DNA of 21,259 nt from a bacterium (GCA_040756235.1 JBFLZG010000069.1:1-21259), one strand, 5' to 3'; positions 1-8,390 are shown, counted from the first letter of the stretch. Translations and numbers: made by a program. Notes: a model not told the origin generated them from the letters alone.

Positions 1-2
1 TG

Positions 3-29
3 CCTTCTCCCCTCGGCGAGGGGAGAAGG
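3..29. repeat. REP-like palindrome (12-bp stem CCTTCTCCCCTC/GAGGGGAGAAGG)
   Basis: Perfect inverted repeat 3-14/18-29 read from the sequence; resembles the CCCTCTCCC-N-GGGAGAGGG class of intergenic repeats. Confidence 0.6.
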
Positions 30-114
30 TGAGAAGATTGACATTTTACGAAAGGGGGGGCGAAGAGTTCGGCAGTCGCCATGAGCGCTTGATCGACGCG
101 ATGGAGTCACGGAC

Positions 115-945
115 ATGGAGGCAAGCAGAGAATTCGAGCGGGGCCAGGCGGTGGTGACACCGGCCGATCGGGCGGAACCCGCAGAGCGGCCGGCGTCGAC
201 CCGGTCCGAGCCCGTGTGGTTCGAGAGGTTCACGCTGAACCAGCGCATCCAGCACGTCGCGCTCTTCACGACCTTCACGCTCCTGGTGCTCACCGGCTTT
301 CCGCTCAAGTACCCGGACGTGGATGCGCTGAACACGATCCTCATCCTCAGCGGAGGAGTCCGGGGGGCCCGCATCCTCCACAGGGCCGCAGCCGCGATCA
401 TGCTTCTCGACTTCTTCTATCACAACATCTATCTGTCCAGCCTGCTCCTGCGCGGGAGGGTCCGCAGGCAGGAAATGTTCCTCCTCCTCCCGGGTCCCAA
501 GGACGCGCGCGACCTGCTGCAGAACCTCCGCTACTTTCTGGGCTTCTCCGCCGAGCGGCCCTGCTTCGATCGGTTCAGCTACGTCGAGAAGTTCGACTAC
601 TGGGCCGTCTACTGGGGCATCTTCATCATGGGCGGCTCGGGCGTGATTCTCTGGTTCCCGGAATTCTGGTCCCAGTTCTTCGAGCTGGACATCATCCGGA
701 TCGCCTACGTCGCGCACAGCGACGAAGCCCTGCTTGCTTTTCTGGCGATCACCTGCTGGCACATGTACAACGTCCACTTGAATCCCCGGACCTTTCCCAT
801 GAACCGGGTCTGGTACACGGGAAGGCTGACTCGTGAAGAGATGCTCCTGCATCATCCCGCGCAGTACGAGCGTCTCCAAGAGCCGCATTCGCGCGCCGGC
901 TCCCGGACGAGCCCGCCGGGTCTCGAGCGAAAGGAATCCTCGTGA
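115..945 (+). CDS. Membrane cytochrome b (Ni-hydrogenase cyt b / formate dehydrogenase gamma-like; Cbc-type quinone-interacting subunit)
   Basis: GGAG upstream of ATG; about 4 hydrophobic segments; motifs ERF..QRIQH, LHR, F.RFSY.EKFDYWAVYWG, AHSDEA.LA, WHMYNVH give the heme-b His ligands; GTGA overlap with the next gene. Confidence 0.9.
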   Translation: MEASREFERGQAVVTPADRAEPAERPASTRSEPVWFERFTLNQRIQHVALFTTFTLLVLTGFPLKYPDVDALNTILILSGGVRGARILHRAAAAIMLLDFFYHNIYLSSLLLRGRVRRQEMFLLLPGPKDARDLLQNLRYFLGFSAERPCFDRFSYVEKFDYWAVYWGIFIMGGSGVILWFPEFWSQFFELDIIRIAYVAHSDEALLAFLAITCWHMYNVHLNPRTFPMNRVWYTGRLTREEMLLHHPAQYERLQEPHSRAGSRTSPPGLERKESS

Positions 946-1766
946 GAAAAGGAAGAGGCGCCCGGGCGTTCATCTTCTTTGCGGCGGTCCTCGGAGGCGT
1001 GGTGCTCCTGTCGGACTGGCTCGTCAAGGCAAGCCAGAAGCGGGCGAGCCGGAAGAGCGAGTTCGCCGTCATCGAAAGGGTCCAGTCGAGACAGCTCGGC
1101 GTCACGGACAAGTCCGACCTCGTCAGGCAGTTCAGGGAAGAGTCGATTCGCGAGGTTCACGAGCACTTCCACCATCTGCCCTCGCTCCGGGAGGCCGAGC
1201 CGCAGCACCAGTCGCAGTGCCTGATGTGCCATTCGCTGCTGCCTCATTCCAAGAACGAGCGCATCCGGGTCATGATGAACATGCACTCGGACTTCCTGAG
1301 CTGCGAGACCTGCCACTACAAGGCGGAGCGGGAGAGCCTGCGCTACATCTGGTACGATCTGGCCACCGGCATGGAGGTCACCCAGGGGCCCAGGTTCGGA
1401 ACCGGCTACGACCCGGAGACCGGGATGCTCTCGGGGGCGGAAGACCACCGATCGAAGATCACGCCGGTGCGCGTTCGGGAGGGGCGCAGGGAACCGGTCT
1501 TCATGTCCCAGGATGACCCGGTGGCCAGGGACTACCTGCTCGTCAGGGACCACCTCACGCCCGGACAGCGCGAGCTCGCCAAGAACCGCTTCCACGGGCA
1601 GATCGACGGCAAGGGATGGACGTGCAAGGAATGCCACCGCGCCGCCGGAGGCGTGCTCGACCTGCAAGGCCTCGGATTCGAGGCGCGTCGCATTCAGGAC
1701 CTCGAGAGCCTCGAAGTCGTGGGGCTGTTCGAGAAGTATGACGTCTTCTATCTCCCCAAGTGGTAA
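942..1766 (+). CDS. Membrane-anchored triheme c-type cytochrome, likely partner of the cytochrome b
   Basis: GTG start overlaps the upstream TGA; N-terminal TM/signal segment; CLMCH, CETCH, CKECH. Confidence 0.85.
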   Translation: MRKGRGARAFIFFAAVLGGVVLLSDWLVKASQKRASRKSEFAVIERVQSRQLGVTDKSDLVRQFREESIREVHEHFHHLPSLREAEPQHQSQCLMCHSLLPHSKNERIRVMMNMHSDFLSCETCHYKAERESLRYIWYDLATGMEVTQGPRFGTGYDPETGMLSGAEDHRSKITPVRVREGRREPVFMSQDDPVARDYLLVRDHLTPGQRELAKNRFHGQIDGKGWTCKECHRAAGGVLDLQGLGFEARRIQDLESLEVVGLFEKYDVFYLPKW

Positions 1767-2277
1767 ATTTGAAAATTTCAGGTTTTGTCTGGCACACGCC
1801 GCCTCCGTCGCGACAACTCGCCTCGGTGCAGAGTCCGGCCGGCGTGAGTGGCCGTACGCGATTGGGTATTTCTGCCTACCTCAAATTGGGTGTTTCTTCG
1901 AGTTGTTTCAGAACGCTCTCCGCTGTCAGAGTCTTGAGTAAGTAGGGACGCTCAATTCAAGCCGGTGCCAAGCATGACTCGCTTTGCCGCTAGGGCTTGG
2001 GTATCGACGCAAGGGGAATCCCCCCTTTGACTCTGGCGAAATTCCGTACCTCCCCTGCGGAAGACCGCAAGCCGATGCTCTGAGCAGGCAGGCTTTCGTG
2101 GCGTGACGATAGCGATTCAGCCGAGGACCGGGGCCGTGAGAGGACAACCAACCCGTGCCTTACTCTACAAGAATCCTAGTGAATTCGCGAGACTAGCTCC
2201 GGCCAGGCTTCCGTCTGGCGGCCGAGGCGCAGGACAGCCCGTGCGGCCGTGTTGCAGAGGCGACTGCGAGTACCCCC

Positions 2278-2292
2278 TGGCACGCCGATTGC
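2278..2292 (+). promoter_or_regulatory. Sigma54 (-24/-12) promoter
   Basis: TGGCACGCCGATTGC is an exact match to TGGCACG-N4-TTGC; a GAFTGA-containing activator is encoded in the same locus; predicted +1 near 2304. Confidence 0.85.
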
Positions 2293-2427
2293 GAAATAGC
2301 GGCCTGCACCGTCAGGGCCCGGGCCGGACACGGACCGGCCCGGGAAAAGGTCCGGGGGAACGTTCCTCGGGGCCGGTCGCCGGTTGACCCATTTCACCGA
2401 GAGGGTTGTCTGGAAACACCCTCTCGA

Positions 2428-2591
2428 GAGGCTGTTGAGAAATGGCCAGATGCAAGGCGCGCGAAGTCCTGAGGAACGAGGCGTACATGGCAGCACGCCG
2501 CAGTGACCCCGGCTTTCGCCGGGGCAGGCTGCCCCAGGACCTCCACGCCGCATGAGCGCAACGCCGCAGATGGCCGTTTATCGACAGCCTC
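2428..2591. mobile_element. MITE-like / large palindromic repeat element with imperfect 21-bp terminal inverted repeats and a nested CCCCGGC-TTTC-GCCGGGG hairpin
   Basis: GAGGCTGTTGAGAAATGGCCA (2428-2448) vs TGGCCGTTTATCGACAGCCTC (2571-2591), 18/21 complementary; inner pairings GTCCTG/CAGGAC (2466-2471/2535-2540) and 2507-2524; no transposase ORF. Confidence 0.65.
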
Positions 2592-2608
2592 ATTGGAGGG
2601 GGCCTCTC

Positions 2609-5600
2609 ATGAAGCATTGCCTACGTCACACATTCCTTCTCTGGGTCGTCCTTCTGCTGCCGCTCGCTCTCGCCGCCTGCAGCGACGATGACAACGGCGG
2701 AGAGAAGACCGGCGCCGTGCAACCGGAGGAATTGGGGGTCATCAACGGCCTGGTACAGGACCGGGGCACGGCCGTGCCCGGCGCCTCGGTGACCCTCACC
2801 CCGGGCAACCAGCAGGCGACGACCGACGCCGAGGGGCGCTTCTCCTTCGGCGACCTGGAGGTCGGCGTCTACTCGCTCACCGTCTCTTCGGCGGGCCACA
2901 ACACCGTGAAACGCAGCAACGTGATCGTGGTCACCGGGAGCAGCACGGACCTGGTCTTCGCTCTGCTGGCTGTCGGCACCGCCCCTGCCAAGGTGATCGG
3001 GGAAGATGAGACCATCCAGCTCACCCCGGCGGACTTCGGCCTCGACGCCGGCTCGGCCCTTTCCGAGTGGAAGACCTCCAACGCTCTGGTGGCCGCCGTG
3101 AACGAAGACGGCACCGTGCTGGGCGTGCGCAAGGGCAAGGCGGAGATATCCGCCATCCGCGCGGACAACAATGCTCTGGTGAGCGTGCTCGTGGCGGTCC
3201 TGGAGCCCTCGACCGTCTTCGGCTACGTCAACTCCGGAGACCCTGTCACCACCGCCCAGTCCGGCTACATCGGTTCGGAACGATGCAGCGCCTGCCACCC
3301 CGGCCAGTTCGACGAGTGGAAGAAGACGGGCCATAACATGATGGTCCGGTCCGTCAGTCAGCCGGGCCTCGCCGGCCAGGGCGTGGTCGCGGATGCCAAC
3401 GGCAACGGCGTCGATGACTTCATCGAGGGGCTGGACCTGGGTTCTTCGCCCAATGCCGCGGCTTTCGCGGCTTACGGCGCCAACGCCCCCAAGCTGGGCT
3501 ACAGCGACGACGGCAAGTACACGATCACCGTCGGGGCGGTGACGTACGAGGTCGCACTGACGGTCGGAGGCAACGGCTACTGGAAACAGCGCTACCTGAT
3601 CCGACTCAGCGACAGCCATTATTTCTCGCCCGTGCAGTACAACGAGGCGACAGACAATTACGTGGTCTACGGAGCGGGCGACTGGTACGACGCGGGCAAC
3701 CTGCCCCGCTACTCGGACCCGGCGACGGTCGCGCAGAGCTTCGACAAGACCCGGTCCTGGGAGCGCCGCTGTGCCGGGTGCCACACCACCGGCACGCGCG
3801 TCGCCTTCGACGGCGGGGAATGGGAAGCCGGATACGTGCAGCTCAGCGTCGGTTGCGAGTCCTGCCACGGCCCGGCCGGCGAGCACCCTCAGGCTGCGCT
3901 CAGCGGAGATCCGGACAAGAGGATCGTGAACCCGGCAAATCTCTCCCGCCAGGCGGCCAACGATTTGTGCGGCTCTTGCCACACTCGAGGCACCAGCGTG
4001 GACACGCTGGGAGACCATCCTTTTGACTTTCCGGCCGTGGTGCAGGACAACGCCGCCCGCGGGTTCCGGCCCGGCCTGGACGTCCTCTCCGATTTCATGA
4101 GCCTGCCTTACTTTGACAACAAGGACTTCTATCTGGCCACGGAAGTGGCGGGCGAATACTGGGGACAGAACCTGGTCTGGAGAGGAGCCCATGGCGGCAC
4201 GCCGGCCAATTACCAGACCTTTGTCGCCTCCAAGGGCCATCACCAGCAGTTCCTGGATTACGTGCAGGGGCCGCACGGCCAGAGCGACGGTGTCTCCTCC
4301 TGCGCCGCCTGCCACGACTCTCACAGCACGGCCCAGGCCTGGAACATCCGCTCCGAGATCACCGAGTCCGACTGCGTCGGCGACTTCTGCGAAAGCGAAT
4401 GCCCGACGCCCCAGACGGACGTGGCCGTCCAGACCCGCAACGACGACAACTCCCTGTGCCTGGCATGCCACGCCAACTGGGGGCCGTTCAAGAGCCTGTG
4501 CAAGGACGATGTGAACAACGCGCCGGACAAGGTCCAGGTTGCCGTTCGGGACCACATGGGCGTGGAAGCCCTCATGGGCAATGTCCCTTATGATCCTGAG
4601 AACACCGGGCTCGGGCGCTGCAGCGAATGCCATCTGCCGAAGATGGGCCAGTCGGCCGTCACCCAAGCGGATGCGGACGGGAAATCCATGGGCGACGTGC
4701 ATGCCCACACCTTCGAGGTGGTCTGGCCGAGCGCCAGCGCCTTCGTCGATCCGACCATGCCGAACTCCTGCAGCGTGTGCCACTCCTCCTCCGATCCCAC
4801 GCCGGGCCTCAAGGCCGTGGCCCAGTGGTCGCATTCCGGGCACGCGGACGTGACGGCGCGCCACTGGACCTACGCCGCCGGCCCTGACCGGCAGGCCTGC
4901 GTACGGTGCCATTCCGGTAACGGGTACGTGGACTTCCTGGCCGGGGTGCCGGAAGCCGACCGCAACACCACGCCCAAGATGCACTCGTGCTACACCTGCC
5001 ACGACCCCGAGTCCGGCCTGCCGTACCAGCGCAGGCAGGTCGCGTCGGTCAGCTTCCCAAGCGGGTTCACCACCACGGCTGGCGGAGACGCCCTGATCTG
5101 CCTGAACTGCCATCAGGGCCGGACATGGAGGGGAACGGTGGACGACGCTCTCGCCCTGACCGGCGCCGATTTCAGCGCCTCCAGCCTGAACACGCACTAC
5201 AAGGTGGCCGGCGCCCTCCTCTATGGGACCGACGCTCAGGAAGGTTTCGAGTACCCTGACAAGACTTACAGAGGCCAGCACTACCACATCGAGCTCAACT
5301 GCGTGGCGTGCCACATGAGCGAAACCGGAGGCCAGGAGGAACTTGGCGGCCACAGCTGGAAGATGGCCGAGGACGCCGCACAGAACCAGGCGGTCTGTCT
5401 CAACTGCCACGCCACGATCGGCGAGTTCAAGCAGTTCCAGATCTTCCAGCGCGATTACGACGGCGACGGGGCCGTGGAAGGCGTGGGCGAGGAAGTCGAA
5501 GGGCTCAAGGAAACGCTTCTGACAGAGATTGAGGCTCGCGGCATTGCGCCCGTCGAGGGCCATCCGTATTGGGACCCGACAACGGGCGGCCCGTGGGACG

Positions 5601-5758
5601 GCCCCGACGGACCGGCCCTCAAGAAGGCGGCATACAACTACCTCTTCGTGGAACACGACCCCGGCGCGTACGTGCACAACGGCAAGTTTGCCGCGCAGCT
5701 GCTGCGGGATTCCTATGAAGATCTCACGGGAACGCCGCTTCCCGGAGTGCGCCCCTGA
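2609..5758 (+). CDS. 13-heme lipoprotein c-type cytochrome with carboxypeptidase-regulatory-like/Ig-like N-terminal domains, a c554/c552-like middle module and an OmcB-like C-terminus
   Basis: RBS GGAGGGGG at 2595-2602 favours ATG 2609 over 2552; lipobox LALAA-C; 13 CXXCH; C-terminal AAYNY..HDPGAYVHN....QLL.DS..DL resembles Geobacter OmcB-type C-termini (from memory). Confidence 0.9.
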   Translation: MKHCLRHTFLLWVVLLLPLALAACSDDDNGGEKTGAVQPEELGVINGLVQDRGTAVPGASVTLTPGNQQATTDAEGRFSFGDLEVGVYSLTVSSAGHNTVKRSNVIVVTGSSTDLVFALLAVGTAPAKVIGEDETIQLTPADFGLDAGSALSEWKTSNALVAAVNEDGTVLGVRKGKAEISAIRADNNALVSVLVAVLEPSTVFGYVNSGDPVTTAQSGYIGSERCSACHPGQFDEWKKTGHNMMVRSVSQPGLAGQGVVADANGNGVDDFIEGLDLGSSPNAAAFAAYGANAPKLGYSDDGKYTITVGAVTYEVALTVGGNGYWKQRYLIRLSDSHYFSPVQYNEATDNYVVYGAGDWYDAGNLPRYSDPATVAQSFDKTRSWERRCAGCHTTGTRVAFDGGEWEAGYVQLSVGCESCHGPAGEHPQAALSGDPDKRIVNPANLSRQAANDLCGSCHTRGTSVDTLGDHPFDFPAVVQDNAARGFRPGLDVLSDFMSLPYFDNKDFYLATEVAGEYWGQNLVWRGAHGGTPANYQTFVASKGHHQQFLDYVQGPHGQSDGVSSCAACHDSHSTAQAWNIRSEITESDCVGDFCESECPTPQTDVAVQTRNDDNSLCLACHANWGPFKSLCKDDVNNAPDKVQVAVRDHMGVEALMGNVPYDPENTGLGRCSECHLPKMGQSAVTQADADGKSMGDVHAHTFEVVWPSASAFVDPTMPNSCSVCHSSSDPTPGLKAVAQWSHSGHADVTARHWTYAAGPDRQACVRCHSGNGYVDFLAGVPEADRNTTPKMHSCYTCHDPESGLPYQRRQVASVSFPSGFTTTAGGDALICLNCHQGRTWRGTVDDALALTGADFSASSLNTHYKVAGALLYGTDAQEGFEYPDKTYRGQHYHIELNCVACHMSETGGQEELGGHSWKMAEDAAQNQAVCLNCHATIGEFKQFQIFQRDYDGDGAVEGVGEEVEGLKETLLTEIEARGIAPVEGHPYWDPTTGGPWDGPDGPALKKAAYNYLFVEHDPGAYVHNGKFAAQLLRDSYEDLTGTPLPGVRP

Positions 5759-5778
5759 GCATCGGCTCAAGGGACGGC

Positions 5779-5816
5779 GGGCGGGGCCCCGGAAGAGGCC
5801 CTCGCCCCTTTTTTTT
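5779..5816 (+). terminator. Rho-independent terminator
   Basis: GC stem GGGCGGGGCC/GGCCCTCGCCC (1 bulge) followed by T8 at 5809-5816, about 20 nt after the stop codon. Confidence 0.8.
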
Positions 5817-5837
5817 CACCCATATCGAAACCGGAAA

Positions 5838-6719
5838 ATGAAGGAACCAAACCATCGACCGCACCGGCTCGGCTTTCTTGCCGCCCTGTCTCTTTCACTC
5901 TGTCTCTCCTGCATGGCGACGCCGGACGATGGAGACGGAGAGTCGGACCCGGACACGGAAGCGCTTCATGCCGAAGCCGCCTGGCCGCAAGCTGGCGTGC
6001 ACGGCCAGGAGTACCTGGCCGACCCGGGGTCGTGCGCTTCCTCCTGTCATGGAGAGGACCTGGGCGGCGGGTTTTCAGGGGTCTCCTGCGCCGACTGCCA
6101 TGGCGATTTCCCTCACCCGCAGGGGTGGGGAGACGCGGCACGGCATGGAGAGGCCGCGCGCACGCCGGACGCCCTGAGCCGTTGCGGCGACTGTCACGGC
6201 GCGGATTTTCGCGGAGGCCCGTCGGGCGCCGGCTGCCTGACCTGCCATCCTCTGTATCCTCACGATGCGGACTGGCCGGCACCCGAGGTCCACGGGGCAA
6301 CCGTGCTCGCCCAGGACCCGGTCGCAGCCGGGTGCGCAACGAGCTGCCACGGGACGGATTTCGCGGGCGGCGCCTCGCGGGTGAGCTGCTCGGAATGTCA
6401 CGATTACCCGCATGCGGCGGGCTGGGCTGCCTTTGACCGGCACGGCGCTGCGGCTGCCGACCTGCAGTCGATGAGCTGCGCGAACGTCTGCCACGGAGCC
6501 GACTTTCGGGGCGGGGACAGCGGCATTTCGTGCTTCGAGTGCCATGCCTCCTACCCGCACGCAGACTGGGCGCCGTTCACGACGCACTACGGCTGGGTGC
6601 GCCAGTTCGGCCAGACGGGCTGCCTGAGCGCGCAGGGCTGCCACACGACGTTTCGCGGCCCGGTCTTCACCCCGCCGTCGGACTGCACGACTCTTTGCCA
6701 TCGCGCGAGCGGAGGTTGA
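5838..6719 (+). CDS. Repeat-built multiheme (up to 10) lipoprotein cytochrome c with non-canonical heme motifs
   Basis: ATG 5838 gives a signal peptide with a Cys (LCLSC); about 48-50 aa repeats W....HG..C..CHG.D..GG.S..SC..CH..(Y/F)PH; 5 CXXCH, 4 CX3CH, 1 CX5CH. Confidence 0.88.
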   Translation: MKEPNHRPHRLGFLAALSLSLCLSCMATPDDGDGESDPDTEALHAEAAWPQAGVHGQEYLADPGSCASSCHGEDLGGGFSGVSCADCHGDFPHPQGWGDAARHGEAARTPDALSRCGDCHGADFRGGPSGAGCLTCHPLYPHDADWPAPEVHGATVLAQDPVAAGCATSCHGTDFAGGASRVSCSECHDYPHAAGWAAFDRHGAAAADLQSMSCANVCHGADFRGGDSGISCFECHASYPHADWAPFTTHYGWVRQFGQTGCLSAQGCHTTFRGPVFTPPSDCTTLCHRASGG

Positions 6720-6723
6720 GCGC

Positions 6724-7080
6724 TTGACCCACTCCTCCAAGGATCGTACATGGAAATGCGGCACGTCACCCAGGCTCGGCGCATGGCTCTTCCTGGTCTC
6801 AGCCGGGCTCGCCCTTGCCGTTTCGAGCGGCTGCGGAGATCCCAACGACGCGCTTTCCGAAGACATGGAGCCCGTTCCCCAGGTCCAGGTCGTCCTCACC
6901 GAGCAGAGCCATCCCGAGGGATGGGGCCTGAGCGAGTGCCTCCTGTGCCATCCCGTCTTCCAGATCCACTGGAGCACGTCCGACCCCGCCGTGGATCTCG
7001 AGGAAATCCGCGAGACCGTGGACCGGCTCGGCCCATCTTCCTGCGCTCTCTGCCACGGCGCCAACGGGGCCGGCGGATGA
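6724..7080 (+). CDS. Small diheme lipoprotein cytochrome c
   Basis: TTG start 8 nt after GGAGG (6711-6715); hydrophobic signal with VSSG-C lipobox; CLLCH, CALCH; ATGA overlap with the next gene. Confidence 0.8.
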   Translation: MTHSSKDRTWKCGTSPRLGAWLFLVSAGLALAVSSGCGDPNDALSEDMEPVPQVQVVLTEQSHPEGWGLSECLLCHPVFQIHWSTSDPAVDLEEIRETVDRLGPSSCALCHGANGAGG

Positions 7081-8390
7081 GGCATCTCAGATCGAGCGCC
7101 AGACTGTCCGCCGTCGTCCGGGCCGGGCTCCTCCTCTTCATCCAGGCGCTGCTCTGCCGGGACGCTCTCTGCCTCGAGTTCGGGTTCCTGAACGATCTCC
7201 ATTTCTCCGCGCGGCAAGAGCTGGAAGACGAGACCGAGTTCCAATTGGACGACTATTACGCCCTGGACGCGTACCGGCTCTTCGGGCGGGCCGAGTTCCA
7301 CTCCGAATTCCACGTCACCAACGACCTGGCGCTGCTCGACTCCGAGGCGGCGCAGCTCAACCTGGCGTACCTCTCCGTCGACCGCCTGCTCGGACCCTTG
7401 AGCGCGTCCGCAGGCCGCCAGCTCTTCGCCCAGGGATTCGACGCCTACATCGGAGACGGGCTCCTCGCCCGCTGCGCGCTGGCCGACGCCCTGCAGCTCC
7501 AGGCGCACTTCGCCATCCCCTTCGATGCCGAGAGCGAGGCGATCGACAACGAGCCCCTGCGCGTCTACGGCCTCAGCCTCACGTCCGGAAAACGGAAGCC
7601 GGGGAGGGTCGCGCCGTTCCGGTTCTCCGGACAGGTCGAGAGAAGAGACTACACGCGTTCGAACCGGTTCGATGAGACGCTCATCGGCATGGAGGCGTCG
7701 ACCCTGCTCGGCTGGCTGATCGAGTCCGACCTCTATACGGACCTGGAGTACGCGGCCGAGGCGGCGAAAATGCGCCGGGCCAAGCTCGGGACCGAGCTTT
7801 ACCTGAGCCCGGTCCTGGCTTGCCGCCTCGAAGGGGAGCGCTTCGAGCCGAGCGGCAAGCTCAAGCGGGAGGAGTTCCGGGAATTCCTGCAGGACGCGAT
7901 CACCAAGGCGTTCTCCAGCTCGGAGATCTGGAGCGGGAGGGCGGCCCTGACCTACACGCTCCCTCGCAAGCGCGAGCTTTCGCTCTCGTACTCGCTGCAG
8001 AGATACACGCGCCGCGGCGGCGAGCGGGTGTTCGGACACCTCGTGGACGGGTTCCTGACGTTCTTTGCGGTCCGGCCCCTGGACGCGTCCGTCGGCCTCG
8101 GCTATTCCGCCCGCATTGCGGACGGGGATTCGATTCACCTCGGCATCGCCCGCGCCAACGCCTTCCTGGTGCCGCGGCGCCTGGAGGCAGGCTTGACCGT
8201 GGAGGCCGGCGTGCTCGACAGCCGCAGGTGGTCGAACGAGCTCGTCTTGCACGCCCGCGGCATGCTCCGCTACCTGATCCGGCCCAACCTGGAGATCTCG
8301 GCCGGACTGGAGGAGAACCGGAACCCGTATTTCGATTCGGACCTCCGCGCGATCGGATTTATTCGCTACTTCTGGGGGACGCGGGAATAG
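7077..8390 (+). CDS. Putative outer-membrane beta-barrel porin (porin-cytochrome complex, OmbB-like role)
   Basis: ATG 7077 is translationally coupled; signal peptide; no CXXCH; many alternating hydrophobic/aromatic strands (AALTYTL, LSLSYSL, VGLGYS, IGFIRYFW); flanked by multiheme cytochromes. Confidence 0.75.
   Translation: MRHLRSSARLSAVVRAGLLLFIQALLCRDALCLEFGFLNDLHFSARQELEDETEFQLDDYYALDAYRLFGRAEFHSEFHVTNDLALLDSEAAQLNLAYLSVDRLLGPLSASAGRQLFAQGFDAYIGDGLLARCALADALQLQAHFAIPFDAESEAIDNEPLRVYGLSLTSGKRKPGRVAPFRFSGQVERRDYTRSNRFDETLIGMEASTLLGWLIESDLYTDLEYAAEAAKMRRAKLGTELYLSPVLACRLEGERFEPSGKLKREEFREFLQDAITKAFSSSEIWSGRAALTYTLPRKRELSLSYSLQRYTRRGGERVFGHLVDGFLTFFAVRPLDASVGLGYSARIADGDSIHLGIARANAFLVPRRLEAGLTVEAGVLDSRRWSNELVLHARGMLRYLIRPNLEISAGLEENRNPYFDSDLRAIGFIRYFWGTRE

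Noticed and set aside
38..66. Perfect TTGACA -35 hexamer
   Set aside because: No credible -10 at 16-18 bp spacing; it abuts a repeat fragment
115..945. Formate dehydrogenase gamma subunit (fdnI) or hydrogenase cytochrome b
   Set aside because: Same fold, but no catalytic subunits are in the window and it is coupled to a c-type cytochrome; upstream context is not visible
1790..1970. TGGCAC at 1790 (+) and TGGCACCGGCTTGA at 1957-1970 (-) as extra sigma54 promoters
   Set aside because: Neither has GC at the required GG-N10-GC spacing
2552..2608. Upstream extension of the 13-heme ORF (similarly the extensions from 5529, 6750, 8486, 11203, 16248)
   Set aside because: They run through repeats or upstream genes; downstream starts give an RBS or translational coupling plus proper signal peptides
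1767..2608. c-di-GMP (GEMM) riboswitch, common before Geobacter cytochrome genes
   Set aside because: I could not find the GGCAAA...GAAA...GACGCAAA core; only an isolated GACGCAAG near 2006-2013
2621..5770. 1049-aa minus-strand ORF (also 6075-9056, 9071-10279, 16215-17834, 17663-19318 and others)
   Set aside because: Antisense shadows of high-GC coding genes; no recognisable motifs, whereas the + strand frames carry clear family signatures
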